IMG/VR virus record: IMGVR_UViG_3300032257_000007
Strand: one strand, 5' to 3'
DNA: 64,000 nt
Source of the DNA: an uncultured virus (IMG/VR IMGVR_UViG_3300032257_000007)
Lineage: Duplodnaviria > Heunggongvirae > Uroviricota > Caudoviricetes
Position 1 is the stretch's first letter, and each line of letters begins with the position of its first letter. A program made the translations under genes and the position numbers. Shown here in pieces: positions 10,539 to 20,178 of this stretch. Under the pieces are notes generated by a model. The model had not been told where the DNA came from and made no database searches. It saw only the letters and a program-made list of their open reading frames with translations.

Positions 10539-10563
10539 ATAGCGTAGCCTTTTGGCTACCTAT
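10539..10563 (+). terminator. Hairpin GTAGCC-TTTT-GGCTAC, possible terminator
   Basis: Stem 10544-10549/10554-10559 directly after stop 10536, followed by a pyrimidine tract. Confidence 0.5.
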
Positions 10564-10624
10564 CTTCACTTCTTCTTCCAAATCAACCATCTTTATTGTA
10601 TAATAACACAAAAAGCGAACTGCC

Positions 10625-10795
10625 ATGACAAAAATAGTTATTAGGCCAAAGTACCCGAATGTTTCACACGTCACTCCAATGACGCTATCAATGCCTATGA
10701 CTAAGGATGCTAGAGCACAGCATCTTTTGATGGTCAATACTAACTTTAAAAATATAAGAGAGTGGTTGCATGTTAAACGAAATTATACTACCTGA
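10625..10795 (+). CDS. Small hypothetical protein (56 aa, MTKIVIRPKYPN...), not in the ORF track
   Basis: Read manually; follows TTGTATAAT (10596-10604) and overlaps the start of 10770. Confidence 0.45.
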   Translation: MTKIVIRPKYPNVSHVTPMTLSMPMTKDARAQHLLMVNTNFKNIREWLHVKRNYTT

Positions 10796-11060
10796 TGATT
10801 ACACTGGGACTATCACCCAGGAGAATGCGATAATAGGCGATATTAACGAGAACTTCACAGAGCTTGAAAAGCAGATTTCTGAGCTGAATTCCACTTCTGT
10901 TGAGTTTGAAGACCATATTGTTGACTTTGAAGACTATGAGATCGATCTCTACTTCGGTAACAATAAAAAGAAAGCCACTATCTCGGTGCAAAATGAAATT
11001 ATCGAGGTTAAAGTAAATGGAATTACAATAAAGATAGACTCGGATGGAAATGTTATTTAA
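10770..11060 (+). CDS. Hypothetical protein with a beta-rich, spike-like C-terminus
   Basis: 96 aa; ISVQNEIIEVKVNGITIKIDSDGNVI. Confidence 0.45.
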   Translation: MLNEIILPDDYTGTITQENAIIGDINENFTELEKQISELNSTSVEFEDHIVDFEDYEIDLYFGNNKKKATISVQNEIIEVKVNGITIKIDSDGNVI

Positions 11061-12111
11061 TATATCTACTCAGACTATCGATATTGACCAGCTGACACTA
11101 GACCTTACTCTAAGTAACCTGTCTGATATTTCAGCAGAATTAGCTATCGTACAGGCTATCTCAGACATACAGGAAGAGCAATTCTCTATTCTCGAAGCAG
11201 CTGAGCTATATGCTGAGAGAATCTATCAGTTTTCTGACAATGAGATTTCTCTTCATAGGAGTGTTATTGAATCTTCCCAGCAGCCTAGCTTAGTTGCGGA
11301 AGAAGTAGATATTGGAATCAGTGGGCTGGATTTTGCTTCTGGGTTTATCACAAGCAATTCCTCTTCTTCAGTTTTTAGAGCTCATTATTGGATTCTTGGG
11401 GATAGCGTAGGAATTCAAAACGATATGTATTCCCTTACTGGTATTGATGTAAATTACGATACTGTTGTAACCAGGGAGCTAACAGACATCTTGTTTCTTA
11501 AGAAGGCTGCTGGAGAGACTTTAGTAGACTGTTCTGTATCCACAATTACTGGCGACATAAGAAGTCATGATATTTCATTAAGTAGGGCCATCAATCTAGG
11601 AGATGCTAAGAGATTCTATATGAACATAGCTTCGTCTGTAGATATGGATCTTAAAGTTATCAGAAATAATGATTTGTTTGTATCAAAAACATCGGTATCT
11701 GGAGGCGAGACTAAATCTACTTCGTTAATCAAGCTGTCATCTTTAAAAGCAGAGTCTGGAGTTGTCAACTTAGGGAACCATACTGAATTGTTTTTAATAG
11801 AAGGGGGATTCGCATCAGACGAATCTGCTTTAAACCAAGAAGCATCCACGAACACAGTGTTTTTTAAGACAGCCGTTAAGACATTGCTTGATGGATATGC
11901 TCCTGCGTCAAATTGGCAAGCAAAAGACCTAAAGAAGGCAGACGTAAAAGATAACCAGTTTATGCTAGACATGGCTCAGAATCTAATTAACGGAAACCCT
12001 CCTGCTGCTATTGACGGCTTTAAGTCTCCAGTAACAAAAGGGGAAGTGTCTTTTGTATTGGACTCAGTCCTACAAAGTATTTTAAATATGGATGTTTGTA
12101 ATGACAATTAA
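11044..12111 (+). CDS. Hypothetical (probable virion) protein
   Basis: 355 aa ORF overlapping its neighbours. Confidence 0.5.
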   Translation: MEMLFNISTQTIDIDQLTLDLTLSNLSDISAELAIVQAISDIQEEQFSILEAAELYAERIYQFSDNEISLHRSVIESSQQPSLVAEEVDIGISGLDFASGFITSNSSSSVFRAHYWILGDSVGIQNDMYSLTGIDVNYDTVVTRELTDILFLKKAAGETLVDCSVSTITGDIRSHDISLSRAINLGDAKRFYMNIASSVDMDLKVIRNNDLFVSKTSVSGGETKSTSLIKLSSLKAESGVVNLGNHTELFLIEGGFASDESALNQEASTNTVFFKTAVKTLLDGYAPASNWQAKDLKKADVKDNQFMLDMAQNLINGNPPAAIDGFKSPVTKGEVSFVLDSVLQSILNMDVCNDN

Positions 12112-13198
12112 AGATAAATTAACAGAGAGAATTAATGAGCTAGAAGCCATGAAAGCTGGGCTTCTAAGAAAAGAGCAATTCTTAGATCCTACAAATGATA
12201 CATTCTTATACTCTACAGAATCTATCTCTGACATAGCTGGAACACAAGGGTCTACTCCAAAGAATCTCTCTACAATACTTGAAGTTATTGTTAAAGAGAT
12301 AAACACATATGTAGAATATATAAGAGATCTTCCTTTTGCGGAGTCGCATGTCATATACAGAGAAAGAACAGACGTAGACCTTGCTCTCGTATCGAACAAC
12401 AGAGCTTCTTTTAACATACCTATGTCATGGACGAAAAGAGGTGATGGGTATGATTTTAATTCTGTGCAGTCGCAAGTTGCATTAAGCAAATTCTTTGGTA
12501 GCGTTAAAAAAATGACAGTTACTTCGTCTCCTTCATTTAGAAAGCATGGAGAGAATGGCGAGGATATCAATTTTGAGATAAAAATGATCAAATTGAACCC
12601 TAGAAAAAACGAGTCCTCTGTATTTAGATCAGGATCTGGGCCATTGTCTGTTGTATTGGATGAAAATTCAATTTCTGGTGATGATATTATTTTTATAGGT
12701 ATTGTTCCATCTGTAGACCTAGACCCTGCCGCTATATATTTCAAAGATTTTACGTACAGAATAGCAATTGAGAGACATGATGGGACCGAAGATGTTATCG
12801 TTAACAGCATTGCAAATACAAGAGTTGGCAATTCTAGCATCAACAGCGATACAACTGCTGGCATTATGGTAAATTGGGACATGTTAACATTTAATAGACT
12901 AGACATTAAGTATTTAAACACAATAGGGAACTCTGGTCAATTCGCTACAGACTTTGACGGTTTTCTTGGCGGAGGGCTAACCGCTGGAAATGTCCTTAGT
13001 AGCATTTCTGTAGAGCAATTTTCAAGTGATCTTCAAGAAATGGCTATCTCGTACAGAGAGGGCGTAGCGTGGTTTAGAAAGCTACTGGATGATACTTATG
13101 GCTTTTATGATATGAATTCTACCAATGTGGAATCCATTGTTTTTAATAACCTAAGACCAATATCTCATGTTTTAGAGGAGGCGATAGATGCTTTATAA
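12092..13198 (+). CDS. Hypothetical protein
   Basis: 368 aa ORF in a tiled + strand operon. Confidence 0.5.
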   Translation: MFVMTIKDKLTERINELEAMKAGLLRKEQFLDPTNDTFLYSTESISDIAGTQGSTPKNLSTILEVIVKEINTYVEYIRDLPFAESHVIYRERTDVDLALVSNNRASFNIPMSWTKRGDGYDFNSVQSQVALSKFFGSVKKMTVTSSPSFRKHGENGEDINFEIKMIKLNPRKNESSVFRSGSGPLSVVLDENSISGDDIIFIGIVPSVDLDPAAIYFKDFTYRIAIERHDGTEDVIVNSIANTRVGNSSINSDTTAGIMVNWDMLTFNRLDIKYLNTIGNSGQFATDFDGFLGGGLTAGNVLSSISVEQFSSDLQEMAISYREGVAWFRKLLDDTYGFYDMNSTNVESIVFNNLRPISHVLEEAIDAL

Positions 13199-14471
13199 CT
13201 ATGGTGCAATTCTAGACTTCGACCCACTATCTTACAGGGGAGCCTTGGAATACTTTGATAGTAAAAGGGCTAATGCATATGCTGGCCTCGAAATAATTGA
13301 GACAGTCTACAGTGGAGTGCAGGAGGTATTTGACATATTTCATCCTAATATCACATTTCAAGTAGGTCAATTTGAGTTCAATAAAGAGTCTTACTCTATT
13401 GATCTTGGAAACAGCATATCTCTACTGATGAATAATACAAGCTCAACTTTTGAGTCTTCTGGTGATCCAAAGCCTGTTCATGAGAAAACTGTTCTTCTAG
13501 CTGATAGAGTTCTTGATGCAAAAGAATATTTTGATACCGTATTCTTGTCGAGAGACTCTAGTGATCATACAGTGTACTGGCTTTATGACATGACTAGTAC
13601 TGATTTGCAATTTATCACTGGTCATATTTTTAATGATAGCGACATCCTTCCATCGTCTGTGACTGAGGTTCTGTTTTATAAAAAAAGAAATGAGGCTTTC
13701 AACGATCTTTTTGTCTTATCTCATGATGTCACGAATCAAGAATCAGTTGTGTATAAAGGAATGCTTGAAACAGAATTCAATAATACTGCGGATTATGAAG
13801 TTCAATGTAATGCACTAAATCTTACTGGTCAAACTGTATATTCAAAAGACGGTGACATAAACTTTACTAATACGATGGCTCTCTCCACAAGAATAGCTAG
13901 CTTTAGCAACAGTTATATTCACTTTGATATGTCTCCAGTAAGTACAGATTACGCCTCACTGATATTCATATCAAAAGACTTGAGTAATGCAAGCTCTTTT
14001 ATGGTTGTGGACTCTGTGCATGCAGACAGATCTCTAAAAGAAGTCATATCTCTGTCTAACTTCAATGAAGTGCTGAGTGATATTTTGGAGATAGATGCTG
14101 AATTTATAGACGATAGCTATAAGATAAATGTTAGTAGCGGAGGGAACGCTCTTAACTTCAGTAAATTCTATTCTCTTCTTGCGGTCAAGCTGAACTCTTT
14201 TTATGCTGACCAGCTAAAGCTATTTCTTGATGGATATACAAATAGTGGGGCCCTCGGGGAACTACTTAAGTACATTATAGATAAAATAGAGAGTCTAAAA
14301 AACAAGTTCGTAGCGGTTGATGAGTGTGTTGCTTTACCTATAAACAATATAGATGAAGGATGTAATATTCCTTGTGATCAGATATATTTAGATGAGCCAA
14401 AGCTTATGGTTAGTAAGCAGAAATTGAAGTCTATGATTAGATGTTCTCTTAATTGTGAAAGGATAGTATAG
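13188..14471 (+). CDS. Hypothetical protein
   Basis: 427 aa; GAGGAGG RBS. Confidence 0.55.
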   Translation: MLYNYGAILDFDPLSYRGALEYFDSKRANAYAGLEIIETVYSGVQEVFDIFHPNITFQVGQFEFNKESYSIDLGNSISLLMNNTSSTFESSGDPKPVHEKTVLLADRVLDAKEYFDTVFLSRDSSDHTVYWLYDMTSTDLQFITGHIFNDSDILPSSVTEVLFYKKRNEAFNDLFVLSHDVTNQESVVYKGMLETEFNNTADYEVQCNALNLTGQTVYSKDGDINFTNTMALSTRIASFSNSYIHFDMSPVSTDYASLIFISKDLSNASSFMVVDSVHADRSLKEVISLSNFNEVLSDILEIDAEFIDDSYKINVSSGGNALNFSKFYSLLAVKLNSFYADQLKLFLDGYTNSGALGELLKYIIDKIESLKNKFVAVDECVALPINNIDEGCNIPCDQIYLDEPKLMVSKQKLKSMIRCSLNCERIV

Positions 14472-15010
14472 TGGTAGGATATAGCACAGAATCAATAAAG
14501 GCTGTAGGAGCCGTTTTAGATAGAGTTGGAGCAGATGCATTCATGGCAAGACAAAAGGTCACAGCTAGCTTTTATAAGATCATGATGGGTGATTTTGACA
14601 CTATCATAACTCACAAGAAAGAAATAGCTTCTCTTTTGATGATAATGATGATTATGCACATAAGAAAAGATGTTAAGCATGAGGCTAAAACTGCAGTTAA
14701 AATAGCAGAAGAAGTGCTAATACCTATGATGAATAGAGCATTATATGAGCAAGCTTCTGTCTTTAGTGCGTTATCTAGACCTAACGATATCCCTATGCTT
14801 CAAATAATGTCTATGGACGTTATAGGGAAAGGGCACCTTGAAAAAGTAATATCAATGATCATGATTCTTACAAAAACTGACTTTCAGGACCTTCTTATGG
14901 ATGACTCTAAAATGGAGTATTACATCAGAGACAAAAGAATGTTCAGAGACAAGACGTTTATATCATTAGAGGATGTAGTAGATGCAAGCAACAATTACAA
15001 CGCTCAATAG
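14471..15010 (+). CDS. Hypothetical helical Met-rich protein
   Basis: 179 aa; GTG start coupled to the upstream TAG. Confidence 0.5.
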   Translation: MVGYSTESIKAVGAVLDRVGADAFMARQKVTASFYKIMMGDFDTIITHKKEIASLLMIMMIMHIRKDVKHEAKTAVKIAEEVLIPMMNRALYEQASVFSALSRPNDIPMLQIMSMDVIGKGHLEKVISMIMILTKTDFQDLLMDDSKMEYYIRDKRMFRDKTFISLEDVVDASNNYNAQ

Positions 15011-15431
15011 GTTTAACTACAATGATGTCGTATCTCTTGTGTGGAGAGTTATGAATGAAGGCGTAGGAGAAGGCAACTACAAAAGAGTAGAAGCTGAGGA
15101 ATACGTCAAAAAGAATTCTGACAGAGTGAGAGTTTTAGAAGTTGAAAATGAAGTCATGGGGATGTATGCTTATTATGATAATCCAAATGTATTTACTCTT
15201 AGCTTTTTTGCTCTACACCCATTGGTTAGATCAAAGAGAGATGGATACAAGTTATTTTTCGATCTAAAGGAAAAACTTTCTGGAAAACCTGTTATAATTC
15301 CTGTATATAACCACAATACAATTATGTCAGATATAGTCAAAAAAAGAGGTGTTTTCGTAGGGCGATTTAAGTCCGAAGGCGACAAACTTTTAGATTATTA
15401 CTCTGCATCATTTGGTGGAGAGGAATGGTAG
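14982..15431 (+). CDS. GNAT-fold acetyltransferase-like protein
   Basis: 149 aa; VLEVENEVMGM...LSFFALHPLVRSKRDGYKLF resembles GNAT motif A, followed by VYNHN. Confidence 0.55.
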   Translation: MQATITTLNRFNYNDVVSLVWRVMNEGVGEGNYKRVEAEEYVKKNSDRVRVLEVENEVMGMYAYYDNPNVFTLSFFALHPLVRSKRDGYKLFFDLKEKLSGKPVIIPVYNHNTIMSDIVKKRGVFVGRFKSEGDKLLDYYSASFGGEEW

Positions 15432-15432
15432 A

Positions 15433-17181
15433 ATGACAGGAACAGCTGGAATTATTGTAATCAACGACATGTTGCCAAGGGACATACAGTTTCCTTATGA
15501 CAAGCCTATTGATTCTAAATTATTTAAAACTAAAATGAAGCTTTTTGCTAAAAAGTATCCAGAGAAATTTGCAAGTACGATTAGTCATATAGCAAATATT
15601 GGCGAAAAGATGTCTTTCTATCTAGGAGCTAATGTTGGCCCGAAAGACCTAAAGACTGATTCGGCTAAGAATAAGAGGCTAATGGCATCTTTAGAGAAGA
15701 AGCTTGATAAAGCAAAAACAATAGACGAAAAAAGAAACATTCTTCTTGGCGGTCTTCAGAAAGCTGTAGATTTGACCTCTAAGATCAAGCTTGATGATAA
15801 TGAGATGGCCCAGCAAGTAAAATCTGGTTCAAGAGGAAAACCTGTTCAGTTTGCAAGAATGGCAGTTGGTCCAGTATATGCCGTTGATATGAACCAGCTT
15901 CCTAAAGCCAATTTAATCAAAAACAACTTTACGAATGGCCTTAACTCTCAAGAATACTTCAACGTGTCTAGTCAAGGACGTTTCTCATCAGTGCAAGCTG
16001 CGAATGCTACATCTGAACCAGGCGCACTCGGGAAAGTCCTTGTTGCTAATGCCGATGATCAAACTATCACTATAGACGACTGCAGAACATCAAATGGTTC
16101 TTTCATGAACACAAAAGATAGACATATTATAGGTAGATACGAAGCAGGTAAAAACAAGCTTATTGACGATACTTATTTTAGGGTTATCAGTAAAAGCTCT
16201 AAAAAGATAAAGGTAAGAAGTCCTCTTACTTGTCAGGCTCAAAAGGGAGTGTGTTCAAAGTGCTATGGCCTTAAGCCTGACGGAAAACTTCCTTCTATTG
16301 GTGACAATGTTGGTATTATTGCTGCACAGACAATAGGTGAGGTTTTAACTCAGATGACACTATCTACAAAACACTCTACAATCGGTAAGAACGATGACAG
16401 TAGTCTAAGAGGTGTTGATGGATTTAAAGCTATTGCTAACTCTCCTGCCAGCTTCTCTGGGTCTTCTTCTGTTGCGGCTACTTCTGGAATAGTCACTAAA
16501 ATCCATAAGGCTCCTCAAGGTGGACATGAAGTGTATGTTGGAAGCAAAAGATATTTTGTGCCACCATCGGCTACAGTAAAAGTGAAAATAGGACAATCTG
16601 TTTATGCTGGTGATGCCTTATCTAGTGGCGTTGTAACTCCTAAGCAAGTTCTTGAAACACGAGGTATAGGTGAAGCAAGAGAGCACGAAAGCTCTATGCT
16701 ACATAAGCTATTTCTTGATTCAACAGGAAGAGATCTTCAGAAGAAACACTTTGATATTGTTGCTAGAGGGCACCTGTCTCTTGGTCAAGATAAACAAGGT
16801 GATGTTGACAGTCATTCAAGTATGATGGATAAGTATCCTAGAACTTCTATGCTTGAAAGCGTTTCCACTGGTATCAAAGGTAAATATCTTGGAGAAGACG
16901 TTGGTTCTTTATCTAAAGGTCTTGAAATAGATGATAGAGTATATGGTAAGCTCAAAGACTGGAATGTTCATAGAGTAAAAACTACAAAAGAAAGACCTTC
17001 CGTAAAGCCTATCTTTAAAGCTCTTGAGCAACGACCTACATTTGGTGGAAACTTATTCTCTAAGATGAATTACAGAAATCTATCCAAAGCAATCAAAGAA
17101 GAAATTCTTTACAAAAAGAGCCCAAGCAAGGTAAATGACTTCTCTTCTGATAGAGCTAAGCATACTGCAGGGTTTCTATAG
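15433..17181 (+). CDS. rpoC: DNA-directed RNA polymerase beta' subunit, C-terminal half (split subunit)
   Basis: SGSRG; NFTNGLNSQEYF; bridge-helix-like GRFSSVQAANATSEPGALGKVL; Zn site DDC...RSPLTC...GVCSKCYG; trigger loop AAQTIGEVLTQMTLSTKH; KHFDIVAR; no NADFDGD; ORF 15412..17181, likely ATG 15433. Confidence 0.88.
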   Translation: MTGTAGIIVINDMLPRDIQFPYDKPIDSKLFKTKMKLFAKKYPEKFASTISHIANIGEKMSFYLGANVGPKDLKTDSAKNKRLMASLEKKLDKAKTIDEKRNILLGGLQKAVDLTSKIKLDDNEMAQQVKSGSRGKPVQFARMAVGPVYAVDMNQLPKANLIKNNFTNGLNSQEYFNVSSQGRFSSVQAANATSEPGALGKVLVANADDQTITIDDCRTSNGSFMNTKDRHIIGRYEAGKNKLIDDTYFRVISKSSKKIKVRSPLTCQAQKGVCSKCYGLKPDGKLPSIGDNVGIIAAQTIGEVLTQMTLSTKHSTIGKNDDSSLRGVDGFKAIANSPASFSGSSSVAATSGIVTKIHKAPQGGHEVYVGSKRYFVPPSATVKVKIGQSVYAGDALSSGVVTPKQVLETRGIGEAREHESSMLHKLFLDSTGRDLQKKHFDIVARGHLSLGQDKQGDVDSHSSMMDKYPRTSMLESVSTGIKGKYLGEDVGSLSKGLEIDDRVYGKLKDWNVHRVKTTKERPSVKPIFKALEQRPTFGGNLFSKMNYRNLSKAIKEEILYKKSPSKVNDFSSDRAKHTAGFL

Positions 17182-17218
17182 TGTATAATACTGGTAAAAC
17201 AGACATGGAGAAGCAGTA

Positions 17219-17944
17219 GTGGCTAAATTATATTTTAACAACCCTATTATGAAGCATTTAAAAGAGGTGACTATTCTTAACTTCTTTTCAGAAAAAGATG
17301 GGACATCTATTTTTGTTAGGGATACAAGACCTGACATATACAGAGATCAGAAGTTTGTATATGGGGATTTGGATTTATATCAAAAAGACAACGATTATTA
17401 CATAGACATTAGACCTATGTCTGCAATGTCAGGAGATGCCTTTGGCGTATATGTTGGAGAAGGATACGACTTCGAGGTTAAAGCACCTAAAGACCCTATT
17501 TTTATAGTAAGACAAAAGAGTACAGATATGGCTCTAGGGATGATGCCTGATATGCACCAGGGTGTAGATATTACTGAAACGGCTTTAGGCATGTTTCATA
17601 TAGGTACTACAATCACCTTTAAAAGAGAAGGGATACAGATACGAGATGAGCTTACGGATAAAGGGTGGGTAAGACGCTCTGGCCCAAGTGACAAAGATTT
17701 TGGTATAATGACAATTGAAGAAGCCTTTGCTGGCAAATTGTCTGAAGAGAAAAAGAATCAGGACGCTTTAGCTGCTGATGTACTTGAGACTATTGAACGC
17801 ATTAGAGCTGCAAAAGAAAAGGGTGAAATCAACCCTGTTCTTGCTGATGAGTTAATAGCTTCTAAAATAGATACAAATGCAGATAATATCTACATGTTCT
17901 TGGCGAAGGACATAAAAGATCTTAAGAAACGCAAAATTTTATAA
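17219..17944 (+). CDS. Hypothetical protein
   Basis: 241 aa; GGAG RBS; TATAAT at 17184-17189. Confidence 0.55.
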   Translation: MAKLYFNNPIMKHLKEVTILNFFSEKDGTSIFVRDTRPDIYRDQKFVYGDLDLYQKDNDYYIDIRPMSAMSGDAFGVYVGEGYDFEVKAPKDPIFIVRQKSTDMALGMMPDMHQGVDITETALGMFHIGTTITFKREGIQIRDELTDKGWVRRSGPSDKDFGIMTIEEAFAGKLSEEKKNQDALAADVLETIERIRAAKEKGEINPVLADELIASKIDTNADNIYMFLAKDIKDLKKRKIL

Positions 17945-17961
17945 TTAAAAAGGGTTCCACT

Positions 17962-20178
17962 ATGAGCGGTTTAGCTACTATTCAAAAAAAAGAAGATCTT
18001 CCAAAGAGTGCAGGTGAAGGTTCTCTTGAAAATAATGTAAAGCAACTTATTACCGATGAAGCATATTCTCAATTGTCTGGTAAGTTCCCTAAACTTATCC
18101 CTATGATTGTTGGAGTAAACATTGTAGAGATGATAAATGAAAAAACTGCTGTTGGTGCAGCTGTTATTGGAATTGAAGACAAAAAGATGATGATTCCAGT
18201 TATCTATACAAATGGACTAGTGGACGCTACTACTTTCATTTATAGTGAAGATGAAGACACGCTTCTTGCTCTTACTAAGAAGGTAGTAAGTATGATTGTC
18301 TCTAGTAGCCCAGTGCTTACTGGTACTGTACCTAAAGAGGGCGAAAAGAGAACATTTGATGGTGGGGATATCCGAAAACTATTCGTTCCTCCTAAAACTT
18401 ATAGCCCAAAAGTTGCATCAGAAGGCGGACTTCTTTTTGCAGTTCTTGAACAAAGCCCTTTGTTAAAAGAAGCTATGACTGAGAAGCTTAAAGATGCTGA
18501 ATATGGAAAAGCTTTTTCTGAAGCATACGGTGAAGAGGCAGTTGAGTTTATTACATCAAATATGATGGAAAAGACTGCTTGTGAGATGGCATGTGACAAA
18601 ACACCAGTTGAAGTTTCATTTTCAAAAAATGAAATCATGCAAGGGGATTGGCTAAACAAAGAAGCTGCAATGCAAGAGTTTGCAGTAAATGGCTTTGCTA
18701 TTTCTCATGGTGCTACACTTCAAACAAGATCTCTCAGGAAAGTTGCATCTGTCGAGACGAAACTAAAAGAGATCATTGGATCTGATACTATTCAGAGCAT
18801 TGACACAAACCATTCGGGTGTTTACACGGTTTATTCTCTTTCAGACTTGAAACCTATTGAAATTGTAGTCTCTAGAGAGGTTGGTTCTGATATGAGAACT
18901 GAACCTAAAGTGATCAGCTCTTGTAGAATCACAGACTCTATGAAAAATGATGGAAACCCAATTATTGGAACTCAAGTAAATGCGTCAGAAGCTAAAACGC
19001 TAACTGAATTCTCTCCAGAAAAAATTATGAATAAAGAAAGCGTAACTTTAGTGTTCTTTAAAGGCGGGGAAGTGTTTGGTAGTAAAAGGTTTTATGGAGA
19101 CTCAGACAATGTAACAAAAGGTTTAGGCAACACTACAATCTCTTTGGCGTTCTCATCTTCAGTAAAATCTATTATTATTGAAAAAGGGAGTGATGCTACC
19201 GCTACAGTCATGGGTGCAACTCTACACATTGGATCTAATAATGTTAAAGTTCTTGACAAGCAAGAGAAAGACCATGAGAATGTTTTAAGAATGAGAGACT
19301 TGCATAACGACGAACTTTCTACAAACATGGTCAAGCTTGCATTTGATGGAGTAGAATATATTCACGACCAGGCTGTTTATAGCAAGGGTCAAATTGTCAA
19401 TAAGCTACTTGCAGATGGATTTGATAAGCATAGTGTTTATGATATTGTAAAAACAGCTGCTGCAGAAGGATCTGCTGAGCTAGTAGCCGTAAGCGCTAAG
19501 CTGGACATGCTTACAAATATGGTTATGAATCTTGCTGGTCAGGTTCAGCAAAACACTATGATGCAACAACAAAGCCAAGACCAGGCAGCAATGCAAGCCG
19601 ATCAAATTGCTCAAGAAGAAGCTGCACTTGAAGAAGAAATGGCAGCTGCTCAAGGTGGAGAACAAGCTGCTCCTGAACAAGGCATGGCTATGCAAGACCC
19701 TCATAATGGTATGCAAACTCCAGAACAGCAAGCAGCTTCTGAGCAAGAAATGCAAGCTCAAGCTGACATTGATAAACAAATGTTAGGTCAAGAAGCAGCT
19801 CAGGCCCCTGGCCAGGAAGAAGCTCAACAAAATCCTGATGGCATGAACACTTCTATTGATCCTCAAATCCTTCAAGCTCTATCTGATATAAAAGATAGTA
19901 GAATAATGGATGTAGGAGTCATATCTATGATTGCAGCATCAAATGACATTCAAGATGTTATTGCTCAATATAAAGGGGATATTTTATCTGGAGCTTCTGC
20001 TTTAGGTAGAATTCTCTTAAATGCTATGACTAAGAAAGATGAACTTATTCTGGATGTTGGTGAGCCTAAATATAAACAGCTTACCAATAGTTTAAAGACG
20101 GTCTTCACAAAAGTGAGCGACTTGTATGTAGATATTATGAGGTTAGAGCTTGAGTCTGACGGAAAAATGGCCAGTTAG
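17962..20178 (+). CDS. Putative internal head protein with K-x-A-S motifs and a Q/E/A-rich region
   Basis: 738 aa; PKVAS, EKTAC, NKEAA, RKVAS, VKTAA, GKMAS; low-complexity segment at about 19540-19850. Confidence 0.5.
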   Translation: MSGLATIQKKEDLPKSAGEGSLENNVKQLITDEAYSQLSGKFPKLIPMIVGVNIVEMINEKTAVGAAVIGIEDKKMMIPVIYTNGLVDATTFIYSEDEDTLLALTKKVVSMIVSSSPVLTGTVPKEGEKRTFDGGDIRKLFVPPKTYSPKVASEGGLLFAVLEQSPLLKEAMTEKLKDAEYGKAFSEAYGEEAVEFITSNMMEKTACEMACDKTPVEVSFSKNEIMQGDWLNKEAAMQEFAVNGFAISHGATLQTRSLRKVASVETKLKEIIGSDTIQSIDTNHSGVYTVYSLSDLKPIEIVVSREVGSDMRTEPKVISSCRITDSMKNDGNPIIGTQVNASEAKTLTEFSPEKIMNKESVTLVFFKGGEVFGSKRFYGDSDNVTKGLGNTTISLAFSSSVKSIIIEKGSDATATVMGATLHIGSNNVKVLDKQEKDHENVLRMRDLHNDELSTNMVKLAFDGVEYIHDQAVYSKGQIVNKLLADGFDKHSVYDIVKTAAAEGSAELVAVSAKLDMLTNMVMNLAGQVQQNTMMQQQSQDQAAMQADQIAQEEAALEEEMAAAQGGEQAAPEQGMAMQDPHNGMQTPEQQAASEQEMQAQADIDKQMLGQEAAQAPGQEEAQQNPDGMNTSIDPQILQALSDIKDSRIMDVGVISMIAASNDIQDVIAQYKGDILSGASALGRILLNAMTKKDELILDVGEPKYKQLTNSLKTVFTKVSDLYVDIMRLELESDGKMAS

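Noticed and set aside
12082..12921. 279-aa minus-strand ORF (and similar antisense ORFs such as 21195..21794)
   Set aside because: Antisense shadows of long + strand genes, Ser/Leu-rich, with no recognisable motifs
15433..17181. Window as a bacterial chromosome rpoBC locus or rpoC pseudogene
   Set aside because: No rpoB or ribosomal protein genes; the ORF is intact with conserved motifs and lies among phage structural genes
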